This document shows, one piece after another, positions 1-9,329 of a DNA stretch of 64,000 bases (position 1 is its first letter; each line of letters begins with the position of its first letter). The notes under the pieces were generated by a model that was given only the letters and a program-made list of their open reading frames with translations, had not been told where the DNA came from and did no database searches. Where the stretch lies: the sequence record NC_070650.1. The stretch is one strand, 5' to 3'. Made by a program: the position numbers and the translations under genes.

Positions 1-3
1 CTG

Positions 4-324
4 ATGGCAATCAAAACACAAGAGGAATTACTCAATGAATTTATGGATCAAATCCTACATCAACGGTTCCTTGCCTTGCGTCAGGCAGAAACCAAAGAAG
101 AAGCGGTCGACCAAATCATCATCGGCATCCTCTCGACCCTCGACGGCGTCAGTGGCCGCTGGCCCGACCCCATCACCCTGGTGGTTGAACCTACACCCGA
201 AGCCGAAATCGAAGAAATCCAAGCGGAAGGTCGTAGTTGGATAGAAGCACCAACCCCAATCAACCTCGGTTGTTATCTTCACGATCTTTACGGTGCCGAA
301 TTACGTAAACGTTTTAAATCTTAA
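4..324 (+). CDS. hypothetical protein
   Basis: 106-aa ORF in the + strand run, followed by an SD-led gene. Confidence 0.7.
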   Translation: MAIKTQEELLNEFMDQILHQRFLALRQAETKEEAVDQIIIGILSTLDGVSGRWPDPITLVVEPTPEAEIEEIQAEGRSWIEAPTPINLGCYLHDLYGAELRKRFKS

Positions 325-339
325 TAGGGAAGTCACCAT

Positions 340-741
340 ATGTTTTTAAGCAAAGATACCATCAAAAATGTCCAGCATTTAGTCGAAGCAAATACCTGCA
401 CCATTGAGTCCGTAACAGTGGAAGCCATTTATAGTCAGCGTGGCGAAACTTACGTGAAGATGGCTATTGATGGCTCGGGTGCGGTTGCTGTATTTACGGC
501 TAAGCCGGGTCAGAAATTGCATGACTACATACTGGACGCGGTAAGATGGAAATCGTATTACTTACTCAACGAAGTTTATGGTGGTCTAGAGTGTGACGAC
601 TCTGCTGAGAAAATCCTGGAGTTATGGCCCGCTGCCGATGGAAATGTTCGCGAAATAAAAAGTCCGCTGAGTGCGCCTATCGAACAGATAGACGATGCGC
701 GATTCAAACAACTCCAGAAAAAGTTTAATAAGCATTACTGA
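340..741 (+). CDS. hypothetical protein
   Basis: 133-aa ORF, GGGAAG SD, ends just before the repeat/terminator. Confidence 0.7.
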   Translation: MFLSKDTIKNVQHLVEANTCTIESVTVEAIYSQRGETYVKMAIDGSGAVAVFTAKPGQKLHDYILDAVRWKSYYLLNEVYGGLECDDSAEKILELWPAADGNVREIKSPLSAPIEQIDDARFKQLQKKFNKHY

Positions 742-744
742 TTG

Positions 745-796
745 ACGGCATAGGAGGAGGCGAAAGCCTCCTCCAGTTATGCTGTCTTTTTATTTT
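745..796. repeat. 52-bp repeat copy 1 / bidirectional terminator hairpin
   Basis: ACGGCATA-GGAGGAGGC-GAAA-GCCTCCTCC-AGTTATGCTGTCTTTTTATTTT; identical to 26113..26164 and 50/52 identical to 9278..9329; lies between convergent genes. Confidence 0.95.
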
Positions 797-1410
797 TTGC
801 GTTTAAACGCATAGGTGCCAATACCGTCGCGACCCAAATCAGTTTCAATGGTATTATACTCCACCAAATCAAAACCTTCGCCACCCATAAACCGAATAAG
901 GCCGGCATGAGTGAAATACCAGATATGTTCATCTTTGCGGTAATGGATGGATCTGGTGATGTGTTCTGCATCAGTAAAAATAGGGATGGATACGAATACC
1001 CAATCTGTTGCCTGGGCAAGCGCAACATCAGGTTCATCGATGTGCTCTAACGCATCCCAAAAGGTCAATGCACCAATAGGGGATTGATAGAAATCGTGAA
1101 ACTTATTCTGGTCAGCTAACCAGGCAATACCTGCTGGATTAACATCAAACCCAACGGCTCCTTCGCAGTTGTCTACGAATTGACCAGCTCCGATACCCAC
1201 ATCGCACACTGGACCGGACCAGTACTTCTTAACTAAATCCACCCGGGCTTTAGTTAGGGCGTCGCCCATCGGTGTAGCTGCGCGTTCACGATAGCGTGCG
1301 AAGTATTCTGCATCATAAGGGCGTGCATCTTTGGGTACCGGGTAATGTCCGATACCCAGCTCAGGAAAGAAAGAAAGTTCGGCGTTGAGTAACTCAGAGA
1401 CCTTGCGCAT
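790..1410 (-). CDS. class I SAM-dependent methyltransferase
   Basis: Motif I VCDVGIGAG, then GFDVNP and TFWDALEHI. Confidence 0.8.
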   Translation of the reverse strand: MRKVSELLNAELSFFPELGIGHYPVPKDARPYDAEYFARYRERAATPMGDALTKARVDLVKKYWSGPVCDVGIGAGQFVDNCEGAVGFDVNPAGIAWLADQNKFHDFYQSPIGALTFWDALEHIDEPDVALAQATDWVFVSIPIFTDAEHITRSIHYRKDEHIWYFTHAGLIRFMGGEGFDLVEYNTIETDLGRDGIGTYAFKRKK

Positions 1411-2284
1411 TTAACCACCCGTTAATTTTTCCAGTGACATTACTGATGTATTTGTTGCACGCATGCTTCATTTCATAACACATACAGTACTTGTCAGGAT
1501 AAACAAACAAGCAGTTGTGTAAGCTCATAATTCTCGGGTCGGTGATTTTAGTGTGATGGTTACACCCACCGTTACCACCCCCTAAGAAAATAGTGGGGCG
1601 GCGATAAGCGAAGGCGGCTTGAGATATTAAGCAAGGCCCGGTCACTACAATATCAGCACGTTCCACTAAGGCCATCAATTCCGTGATTGATAGCTCTCCT
1701 TTATGTATCTTTAAATGTGCGAATGGTTCCACATCCGGAATCCACTCTGCGCCAGGCTCTAAATCTGCCACGCTGATACAGAAATATCCCCGAGCCTGTA
1801 ATGCTTTGGAGACCTCATCGATATGTTTGTTTAACGGCCCTCTAGAAGCATTATGCCACTCTTTACGTTCGGTAGTCGGGCGTATCAGTGCAAGTTTCTT
1901 GATGTTGCCCGGAATGTATTTGTTGGGTAATTGAAAGTGAGGCATATCCAGTGCTACAGGCTCCACACCGAATTGGCGGCGACCGGCAGCGAACACAGAA
2001 CCATTCTCCAGATCTTTAATCCCATAAAAGATTTTCTTCGTGATAAGTTTCAGGTCACGGGGAACCTCTTCATATTTAACCTGCGTCCTGCTTTCATTTT
2101 TCTTTTGTGTACGCAGAGTAGTGTTCGCTCTAACAAAGTGAACATTAGGGATGTCCTGATAGAATTCTGGGATAGGAGTTTGAATCCAGACCTCATTGCC
2201 TGACATTACTAGCCGCTTAATAAATGGCCGCTGAAGTAGTTGATCGCCGATGCCCTGCATTCCATTGATTAGGTATCTTGCCAT
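1394..2284 (-). CDS. GT-B glycosyltransferase, GT9 (heptosyltransferase)-like
   Basis: N-terminal GIGDQLL motif, C-terminal LSITELMALVERADIVVT...PTIFLGG, Cys-rich tail. Confidence 0.72.
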   Translation of the reverse strand: MARYLINGMQGIGDQLLQRPFIKRLVMSGNEVWIQTPIPEFYQDIPNVHFVRANTTLRTQKKNESRTQVKYEEVPRDLKLITKKIFYGIKDLENGSVFAAGRRQFGVEPVALDMPHFQLPNKYIPGNIKKLALIRPTTERKEWHNASRGPLNKHIDEVSKALQARGYFCISVADLEPGAEWIPDVEPFAHLKIHKGELSITELMALVERADIVVTGPCLISQAAFAYRRPTIFLGGGNGGCNHHTKITDPRIMSLHNCLFVYPDKYCMCYEMKHACNKYISNVTGKINGWLNAQGL

Positions 2285-2302
2285 GGTAGTTACCCTCTAT
2301 TG

Positions 2303-2875
2303 TTATAATCGAATACTCGAGGACCATAACTCATCCTCTAATGTATTAGTTTTAAATGTTTTCAATTCCGTATATCGAGAACAGTTAATGACTGACATAG
2401 TTCCAATGATATCTGGGACTTGGTTAAAACAGCCATGCCATTTTTCGATATCGCTGTCTTTAGGATTCGAAAGGTCATCGATATGGGGTCCGTGCCAATG
2501 TAGCCCATTAGCCAGAGAACAATCATAACCCAATAACAATACTCTCTCAGCACCGAGATTGTGAGCCAAACAAATAGCGCGCATGCCTGAGTTGAATGGT
2601 CCTTTTGCGGGTATTGGCATGTACTGAATATCTGGGTAATCTTTTATTGTGGTTCTGATAGAAGTCCATTTCACCATCGTATTAGGTACCTCATCGTGAT
2701 ATTTGCGCCACCATGTTAAATCTCCGGCATAGATGTGGTCACAAGTAGGCACTTTACGCCAACTATTATTGACCGCGATAATCGGATAATTAGTTCGCAT
2801 GATGAGATGGCAGTCCTCATCAGTGAGTGATGGCCCTGAGGCTACACAAATGAACGTCTTTTTATCGAGTGGCAT
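2303..2875 (-). CDS. nucleotide-sugar transferase-like protein (Maf/MptE/sialyltransferase-like Rossmann fold)
   Basis: ICVASGPSL, IAVNN, NSG..AI.LA..LGA..VLLLGYD pattern. Confidence 0.6.
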   Translation of the reverse strand: MPLDKKTFICVASGPSLTDEDCHLIMRTNYPIIAVNNSWRKVPTCDHIYAGDLTWWRKYHDEVPNTMVKWTSIRTTIKDYPDIQYMPIPAKGPFNSGMRAICLAHNLGAERVLLLGYDCSLANGLHWHGPHIDDLSNPKDSDIEKWHGCFNQVPDIIGTMSVINCSRYTELKTFKTNTLEDELWSSSIRL

Positions 2876-2945
2876 GAGATAAGCCTTACAGTAGTGGACG
2901 TTAAAACCTATATCATTTTTCCATTAAACAAAACAAACATGGAAC

Positions 2946-2953
2946 TATATTAC
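2946..2953 (+). promoter_or_regulatory. phiKZ-type early promoter motif TATATTAC
   Basis: Exact match to the phiKZ early consensus in an AT-rich intergenic region upstream of a + run. Confidence 0.7.
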
Positions 2954-2993
2954 TGATTGGACGAATGTTGCGTATATTGGAGAGCATTTTATC

Positions 2994-3758
2994 ATGAGTA
3001 ATAACAACGTCATTCCTTTTACGGGTAAAAAATTAATGTCCAACTGTCCGGTTATGGTCATGGACTGTGAGACAACTGATCAGATGACTCGAGTATCTTT
3101 CAGTATGACCGCGATGCAATCTTCTTTACGACTACGACCGGCATCCTTGCAGACCGACGACTGGCTATCCACGATGTTCGGCTCAACCCCGACAGTCATG
3201 TCAGGCGTTCTCGATGTTCGTGTACGTAACCGATTTATTGATGCGTTTAAATGTGGCGGTTTGACGCTGTCTAGGTGGCTGAACGAGGTCCGATATCTCA
3301 GCCAGTTGCCGCTGTGTGATATCGTAGCGACCTACGACCACTACGAAGAATTCAATGGATGGGCCGATGTAGACCGACCAGCAATTCGATTTAATCTCGG
3401 TAAAGGGGTTTCCATCACTCAAGAGTCGTTCTTATTGGGTGAGGGGTCAGATTACCCGGAGACCGCCGTCGAGGACTATCGTAAGTCAAACGTAGGCTGT
3501 GTCGAGATTGATGAGATTTATGACCACTGCTCAGATGACGCCCTCAGGAAATTGACTGTCGAAGTTCAATTGGTGGAGCACTTAGCTGATTGTTTTTATC
3601 TGGATGCTTTAGCTTGGGGCGGTGGTTGGGAAGTAGAAATAACGGAGAAAGAAACTACATTCTGTTTCTTAGAGGCGGTAACCGCAAAACACATCAAACG
3701 TTGGGCGTTATCCATCAATAACGAGTATTATAGTGTTTTCTTAAATGGGGATATTTGA
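2994..3758 (+). CDS. hypothetical protein
   Basis: 254-aa ORF with GGAGAG SD. Confidence 0.75.
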   Translation: MSNNNVIPFTGKKLMSNCPVMVMDCETTDQMTRVSFSMTAMQSSLRLRPASLQTDDWLSTMFGSTPTVMSGVLDVRVRNRFIDAFKCGGLTLSRWLNEVRYLSQLPLCDIVATYDHYEEFNGWADVDRPAIRFNLGKGVSITQESFLLGEGSDYPETAVEDYRKSNVGCVEIDEIYDHCSDDALRKLTVEVQLVEHLADCFYLDALAWGGGWEVEITEKETTFCFLEAVTAKHIKRWALSINNEYYSVFLNGDI

Positions 3759-4266
3759 TATGAAAGTATCAAACTGGAATGCATCAAACTGGTCAGCGTA
3801 TATTCATAACGGCAGCGTTATCGTAGAATCGTCCATGGGTAGCGCCTCAGTATTTCCGGCAACCGATACCAAGTATACGTTGTCATTAGGGGATGGCGGA
3901 TATTATCTAACCACTAAACCAAGTTACACCACCTGTTTTTTATCTGAGCCGGGGGGCAGTCATAACCCATTCCAAAACACATTCGAATTGCAGGCCGCAT
4001 TAAATCAATATTTCATCAGTGATGACGTCGAGGTATTTACTACTCCCGTAGAGAAACCCAAGAAATACATGCGCCTCCCTAACAGCGGAACGTTGGTGTA
4101 TCTGGTGGACATTTTGTCTGCGTGTAGGTTGACTCACGGTGACCATAATGGGACCAGTTTATTTATTCAGTATCCCATTGGTGGTATTCACATTTCCTGC
4201 GGCACTATCGAAAACGCAATTGCCGATGAGCGAGCATTGACCGAATACTTACTTTCGCTGCGGTGA
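3745..4266 (+). CDS. hypothetical protein
   Basis: 173-aa ORF; C-terminal module resembles that of 5290..5745. Confidence 0.7.
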   Translation: MGIFDMKVSNWNASNWSAYIHNGSVIVESSMGSASVFPATDTKYTLSLGDGGYYLTTKPSYTTCFLSEPGGSHNPFQNTFELQAALNQYFISDDVEVFTTPVEKPKKYMRLPNSGTLVYLVDILSACRLTHGDHNGTSLFIQYPIGGIHISCGTIENAIADERALTEYLLSLR

Positions 4267-4718
4267 GGTCTGGCATGCCAATTACCATTAACGACGGGTC
4301 GGTATTTGATGTACCCGCACAGACGGTTATTAATACCGTCAACTGTGTTGGTGTCATGGGCAAAGGACTGGCCAAGGAATGTGCTATTCGTTTTCCAGAG
4401 ATGGAATCAATCTATAAAGATAAATGCCGGCGGCGTGTGTTATCCCCAGGTAAGTTATACCTGTATACTGCCGGTACGCCGTGGATACTGAACTTCCCAA
4501 CCAAAATACATTGGCGTAACCCTTCTCAGATAGAATGGATTGAATCTGGGTTAGCGACGTTACGTAGGGTTTACCCACAAATGGGACTAACCTCGCTGAA
4601 TGTTCCGCAGTTGGGTTGTGCTAACGGTGGGTTGGCATGGCCTGAGGTAAAAGACCTAATCTATCTATATCTAGATTTGCCTGATTTGCAAGTGAACATT
4701 TGTCTAAACAACCTTTAG
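4263..4718 (+). CDS. macrodomain ADP-ribose glycohydrolase (DarG/Poa1p-like)
   Basis: INTVNCVGVMGKGLA, ILNFPTK.HW, PQLGCANGGL.W motifs. Confidence 0.9.
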   Translation: MRSGMPITINDGSVFDVPAQTVINTVNCVGVMGKGLAKECAIRFPEMESIYKDKCRRRVLSPGKLYLYTAGTPWILNFPTKIHWRNPSQIEWIESGLATLRRVYPQMGLTSLNVPQLGCANGGLAWPEVKDLIYLYLDLPDLQVNICLNNL

Positions 4719-4726
4719 GGGCTGCA

Positions 4727-5287
4727 ATGAAAGAATATTTGGTTTATCGTGGGGAATATGGGGCGAGGGCGGTGTTGTCCACGCAGCTGGGTTCACTGAC
4801 ATTTGTCGATGAACGCACCGTAGCTGAGCATTATGCCAGGATGCCCAATCAATGGCACTACACAGGTCTCAAGGAACCTAAACTCATCGTGGCTAAAGTA
4901 GGTATCCATCGTCCATTTATTAACACCCCACGAGACCCATTCATTGAGTTCAAAGACATCCGTAACAGTTTAGGACCAACCCACGCAATTAGAATCGCCC
5001 GTAAGTTTGCTGATAGTATCGTGGAAACGGATGCTTGGGTCGCATTGGCCAAGAAACACCGGGTCAATACCTTGGATGAATATTTGGCTCTACCTGATGC
5101 AACTACCCAAAAACTGTGCATGCAGGCATATCGGTATTTTGATGACCCAGAGGAAGTAAAGGTGTTGGTAAAACACCATTTTGATGGTGCCATCTATCGC
5201 GGTTCCGGTGAAAGTATGAATTGCGTTGAATACCGGATATTTAATTGCGACAATATCATGGTGCTGGCGATAGCCCCAGTGAGGTGA
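4727..5287 (+). CDS. putative ADP-ribosyltransferase-fold protein (ART-PolyVal-like)
   Basis: LVYRG strand, SLTF....AEHYA, FDGAIY and C-terminal VEYRIF; ATG 4727 follows an AGGGG SD. Confidence 0.5.
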   Translation: MKEYLVYRGEYGARAVLSTQLGSLTFVDERTVAEHYARMPNQWHYTGLKEPKLIVAKVGIHRPFINTPRDPFIEFKDIRNSLGPTHAIRIARKFADSIVETDAWVALAKKHRVNTLDEYLALPDATTQKLCMQAYRYFDDPEEVKVLVKHHFDGAIYRGSGESMNCVEYRIFNCDNIMVLAIAPVR

Positions 5288-5289
5288 CT

Positions 5290-5745
5290 ATGTACGGTGT
5301 TATTGATGGTATCTTGGATGCCGGTAAAATCAAAGCTCGTCTTTACGATGAGCTTAATGGTCATGAATTTCATAGCGATGCCGTTATTGACAAAACAGCC
5401 TTTTCAGAAAAAGATTGGGGTGATATTACCCAAGCGCCAGATGCTGGATTTATTTTTCTGATAAATGATGATAAATGCATATTGAGGAGAGAGAACATGA
5501 ACGACGAAACTAAAGCCATCGAACCTAAATACATTACGCTCTCATCCGGAGCCACCGTATGTCTGGATAACATTTTGGTTGTTGGTGAAGTAAAGAAAAT
5601 AGAAGGACTCTGCACCGAGTCTTATATTTTCCACATTCACTATAGAGGGCAATCCTTGCCGGTAGTGATGCCATACGACGGTAATAATTACCTTGCCCGC
5701 AAAGACCATGCCGAACTGTGTCGCAAATTAACAGGGGTGAAATAA
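5290..5745 (+). CDS. hypothetical two-module protein
   Basis: GAGGTG SD; N-terminus resembles 6116..6523, C-terminus resembles 3745..4266. Confidence 0.7.
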   Translation: MYGVIDGILDAGKIKARLYDELNGHEFHSDAVIDKTAFSEKDWGDITQAPDAGFIFLINDDKCILRRENMNDETKAIEPKYITLSSGATVCLDNILVVGEVKKIEGLCTESYIFHIHYRGQSLPVVMPYDGNNYLARKDHAELCRKLTGVK

Positions 5746-6101
5746 TGACTGAATTAAAATTCATGGACCTGGCAATAAAGCCAATGGGATTTATTGATGA
5801 TGCTTTCCCTGGAGACAGCGTACTGTTCATTACATCCACTACACTCGAGGTATCTGGCGGGCATAAGCTATATTTTTGTCAATTACCGCCATGTGATTGG
5901 GGGTCTCGGATTGATGAGCTAAAAGCTTATTACCGTGAATTTACCTCTGCGGGAACTATGACGTTCGCTATTTTTGATGTATTGGCCATATCTGAGAATG
6001 TAGTCAGTCTCAAAGGGATATTTCCAACAAATACATCGATCAATTGCATTTATGACAAACAGGCAGCTTCATTGGAAATAATTCCAACGGTTATGCATTA
6101 G
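5745..6101 (+). CDS. hypothetical protein
   Basis: TAATG overlap with upstream stop; weak similarity to 6523..6858. Confidence 0.7.
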   Translation: MTELKFMDLAIKPMGFIDDAFPGDSVLFITSTTLEVSGGHKLYFCQLPPCDWGSRIDELKAYYREFTSAGTMTFAIFDVLAISENVVSLKGIFPTNTSINCIYDKQAASLEIIPTVMH

Positions 6102-6115
6102 TGAGGGCCCGATGA

Positions 6116-6523
6116 ATGAAACACTACGGGGTTGTCAACACCATAAATGGCGGCATAGTCACGTCCACCATCTATGACGGTTATAGTAACAAGCAGTACC
6201 GTTTTGAATGTCAGTTATCCCGATTCAAAGACCCCGCACAAGTAATGCCGGGTTATTTATTTGTGCGAATCCGAACCATTGAAACAGATTACTTTGAATG
6301 GTATTGGTCCTGGAGGGCAAGGGAGGTGAATGCCCCAATTAAAGCCGACGTCAGGGTATCCTCATTGGAAAACTACGTGATGACCAATGAAGTCATGGCC
6401 GATATCGATGTTTCACTAAAATCGGGTGAGGTGATGATTCCTGATGATTGTGACACCTTTGAAAAATTCGAGGCGTGGATTACCGGGTGGGTTGATGAAG
6501 AAAATAACGGGGGTGTAAAATAA
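6116..6523 (+). CDS. hypothetical protein
   Basis: 135-aa ORF with GAGGG SD. Confidence 0.7.
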   Translation: MKHYGVVNTINGGIVTSTIYDGYSNKQYRFECQLSRFKDPAQVMPGYLFVRIRTIETDYFEWYWSWRAREVNAPIKADVRVSSLENYVMTNEVMADIDVSLKSGEVMIPDDCDTFEKFEAWITGWVDEENNGGVK

Positions 6524-6858
6524 TGCGTGATGCTGCTGCGGCACCTGCGGGGAATTTCATACCTAACGCCAAAATAATATCCCAGTTACGTCAGGGTGTA
6601 GTATATTTGACTATAACGCCACTCTACACTAGCGAGGTGGTTTTCTATGAATGCGTTACCCAACCGACACTCGAAGAATTTATGAGTATTCTGAGAAAAG
6701 CATCCGTGTCTGGTTTTGTAACAAACGTGGCGTCTTGCGAATACATCGATGAAGATGTGGTTGTTTTAAAAAATGTCTTCATGGAAGGCAAAGAAAGTTA
6801 TAGGCGTTGGGTTAATTGCAAAAATGGATGTTGGGAATTATCTTACAATAATGCCTAA
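6523..6858 (+). CDS. hypothetical protein
   Basis: 111-aa ORF with TAATG coupling. Confidence 0.7.
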   Translation: MRDAAAAPAGNFIPNAKIISQLRQGVVYLTITPLYTSEVVFYECVTQPTLEEFMSILRKASVSGFVTNVASCEYIDEDVVVLKNVFMEGKESYRRWVNCKNGCWELSYNNA

Positions 6859-6976
6859 CGATGTAGAATAATTACTAGCCTTAATTATAATGCGATAAAA
6901 AGAAAAGTCGGCCCACGAGCCAGGCAGTTGTACGTCCCCAGGACGCTAAACACTCAATAATAAATAGTCTAAACCC

Positions 6977-8176
6977 ATGAGGATTACAAATATGTCATAC
7001 CAAAGTTATTTTCTATCAGAAGCAAAACTCGCAGGCATATCTAAAGAGGACCAAGAGTTGGTCTTGAAGATGCTAAAGCCTATTTCGGATGAAGGACATT
7101 CTGGCGGCAGCATGAGCGTTTTTATCCAGTGGTTGGAGGACTGGGCCAATAACCCACAAACCATCACCGATAAGCGCAGTATGCTCTACCCGGTACAAGA
7201 ATCCGTGAAGGGTTTATCCTACGACGATTTGAAGCGGATCGCCGGATACGTTTATAAGACCTGCGCTTTTGAGCCGTTTACCCCACTTACCGGTAAAGAC
7301 GATGAGTGGATTGAATGCCATGATGGCTGGTACCAAAACCGTCGATTTAGTAAAGTATTTAAAGAAGGGAAGGACGGAATTCCGTATTGTCTTGACCGCG
7401 TAATTTGGTGCTATCCCTACAATGATTTCTCTGGATGGGGTGCGGTTACCCGTGGCGGTGGATGGAGTAGCGAGGACATCACGTTTCCGTATGACCCGGC
7501 GGCCCCAGAGAACGCAACAGAATATCGGTATTTCTTAGCCGACGATTGGCGTGAAGAACTCCCCGCAGAAATACCACCAAAAATCTGGCTGCAATGGCAA
7601 CGTCGCCGATATCATGCAGGCACTGACCTCGCCACTGGGAAGCTAAGACTGGACGTCATTTGCTTAGGTGAAACACAGCTTAATGAAGTAATCGTCGCAT
7701 ACGCCGCGGTTAAAACACATATTGAGACAACGGAAGGTCTGACGTTGGAACGTGCGATTCGTAAGCTCGGATGGGTGTGGGACTGTGATGATGAAACTTG
7801 GTTGAATTGTGGGCATACCATCGTAAAAACTGCTGACCTGGCACAAAAAGTCAGTTACCTATTAACGACTGAGCCGAAAGATACTACCGGGTATGCGGTA
7901 CAACAAACCACCATGTTACAACCAGGGAAATTCTATCAGCGATGGAAGCATTATCGCGATGATTACTTTGGGTGGATGAGGACTTCAGATAAACCCGAAC
8001 CCATCTATGTAGACAATGATAGAATGGTAACTGGCGACCACGATGACTATCTATGGCAACAACGCCGTAAATATGGTTATGCGCATCCTAAACGTAAAGG
8101 GGCGGTGCATGCTTCAGAGAACATAGTGGCGTGTGATGGCGAACAGCCACCGTTGGATGGTGCTGAGCCGGCATAA
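6977..8176 (+). CDS. conserved phage hypothetical protein
   Basis: 399 aa; contains FTPLTGKDDEW...YQNRRFSKVFK, a motif of a common phage family of unknown function. Confidence 0.75.
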   Translation: MRITNMSYQSYFLSEAKLAGISKEDQELVLKMLKPISDEGHSGGSMSVFIQWLEDWANNPQTITDKRSMLYPVQESVKGLSYDDLKRIAGYVYKTCAFEPFTPLTGKDDEWIECHDGWYQNRRFSKVFKEGKDGIPYCLDRVIWCYPYNDFSGWGAVTRGGGWSSEDITFPYDPAAPENATEYRYFLADDWREELPAEIPPKIWLQWQRRRYHAGTDLATGKLRLDVICLGETQLNEVIVAYAAVKTHIETTEGLTLERAIRKLGWVWDCDDETWLNCGHTIVKTADLAQKVSYLLTTEPKDTTGYAVQQTTMLQPGKFYQRWKHYRDDYFGWMRTSDKPEPIYVDNDRMVTGDHDDYLWQQRRKYGYAHPKRKGAVHASENIVACDGEQPPLDGAEPA

Positions 8177-8190
8177 CAAATAACCCAATG

Positions 8191-8214
8191 GGGAGGGCAA
8201 ATGCCCTCCCTTTA
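8191..8214 (+). terminator. intrinsic terminator-like hairpin
   Basis: GGGAGGGC-AAAT-GCCCTCCC followed by TTT. Confidence 0.75.
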
Positions 8215-8233
8215 TATCCTGGAGATAACTATC

Positions 8234-8497
8234 ATGAATATTCGACAACGTCGTAAACGTATTGCCCGCTCACGTAAAGTCGGAGGGTTCGTACTGGACT
8301 TCGACGACGGCACCACATTACAGGTTCCCATCTTCGATTCGCGGATAGCCGAAGAAGGTTGTGATGTCGCCATCGCAAAAGCGGTTAAATCTGCGTTACT
8401 GCGGGATGCGCTACGTAAAGGCGCAACAGGCATTGTTGATGTCGAAGTGAACGTCCAAGGTAAGGACATCCAAATTGATTGGATAGGAGAAGTTTAA
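8234..8497 (+). CDS. hypothetical protein
   Basis: GGAG SD before ATG 8234; basic N-terminus. Confidence 0.7.
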   Translation: MNIRQRRKRIARSRKVGGFVLDFDDGTTLQVPIFDSRIAEEGCDVAIAKAVKSALLRDALRKGATGIVDVEVNVQGKDIQIDWIGEV

Positions 8498-8498
8498 T

Positions 8499-9278
8499 AT
8501 GCCCGATGTGATTGCCCACCCAAATAAAGGCACTGTTGAAATCTCAGCTGACGTCTATGAAGCTTTACGTGCGTACCATCAGGGTCGGGTCTTAGTACCT
8601 GAACGCCTGACCGACTATCGTAAACAAAATGGACTTAAAGTTGGGGAATTTAGTGAAGCGATTGGCTATAGTTGTGTATCTGCGATTGAGCGGCATGGCA
8701 CTCAACCTAGTGCGCCAGTCATGGACCGATTACAGGTCGCTTACCCTAAAGCGAAATTCGTGGTAGAGCTTCCAGAACTGACGCCGTCCAAAAATCAAAA
8801 ACCGTGCATTGATGTAAATAAAGTTGTACGACACATCAAACGCAAATATCCGGACAAAAGTAGAGTCGAATTGTGCGAGATTACTGGTTTGGCGATGTCT
8901 CAGTTATTTAAAGTATTGGCTGGTTCATATCGTGATTTCAAGCCTATCACGGCCGGGCGCATGTTCCGTAGTTTAGGTGTAGTCCCAGAACGTTATTTGC
9001 TTGGGGTAGTATTACCCGAGAAAATGTCGCAGGAATATGCCGACATTCTGGAAATGGCTGCCCAGAATAAAGTCACTATATTTAGCCAATTCATGTCTAC
9101 TGTTCCAGGGGTGATGGAAGACCTCACACGTGAACTTAACTTGTCAAACCAAATCATCAGAATGTATCAGTCGGGTAAATCATTTCCACTGTTAACCAAT
9201 TACTTGTTGATTTGTGAATATTACGGATTACCGTTTTATTATTTCGAACAAGACTGGTTGGCAAACGGCGAACACTAA
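8499..9278 (+). CDS. multi-HTH (XRE-like) DNA-binding protein
   Basis: LTDYRKQNGLKVGEFSEAIGYSCVSAIERHGTQP, plus two further HTH-like segments (ELCEITGLAMSQLFKV; LNLSNQIIRMYQSGKSFP). Confidence 0.6.
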   Translation: MPDVIAHPNKGTVEISADVYEALRAYHQGRVLVPERLTDYRKQNGLKVGEFSEAIGYSCVSAIERHGTQPSAPVMDRLQVAYPKAKFVVELPELTPSKNQKPCIDVNKVVRHIKRKYPDKSRVELCEITGLAMSQLFKVLAGSYRDFKPITAGRMFRSLGVVPERYLLGVVLPEKMSQEYADILEMAAQNKVTIFSQFMSTVPGVMEDLTRELNLSNQIIRMYQSGKSFPLLTNYLLICEYYGLPFYYFEQDWLANGEH

Positions 9279-9329
9279 CGGCATAGGAGGAGGCGTAAGC
9301 CTCCTCCAGTTATGTTGTCTTTTTATTTT
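9278..9329. repeat. 52-bp repeat copy 2 / bidirectional terminator
   Basis: Differs from copies 1 and 3 only at loop GTAA and TATGTTG. Confidence 0.95.

Noticed and set aside
745-796. 52-bp element as an integron attC site (GTTATGC end, stop codon at the left edge, bulged stem)
   Set aside because: The left arm is GCATAGG rather than RYYYAAC, there are no L boxes, it is shorter than known attC sites, and no integrase is in the window. Kept only as an analogy.
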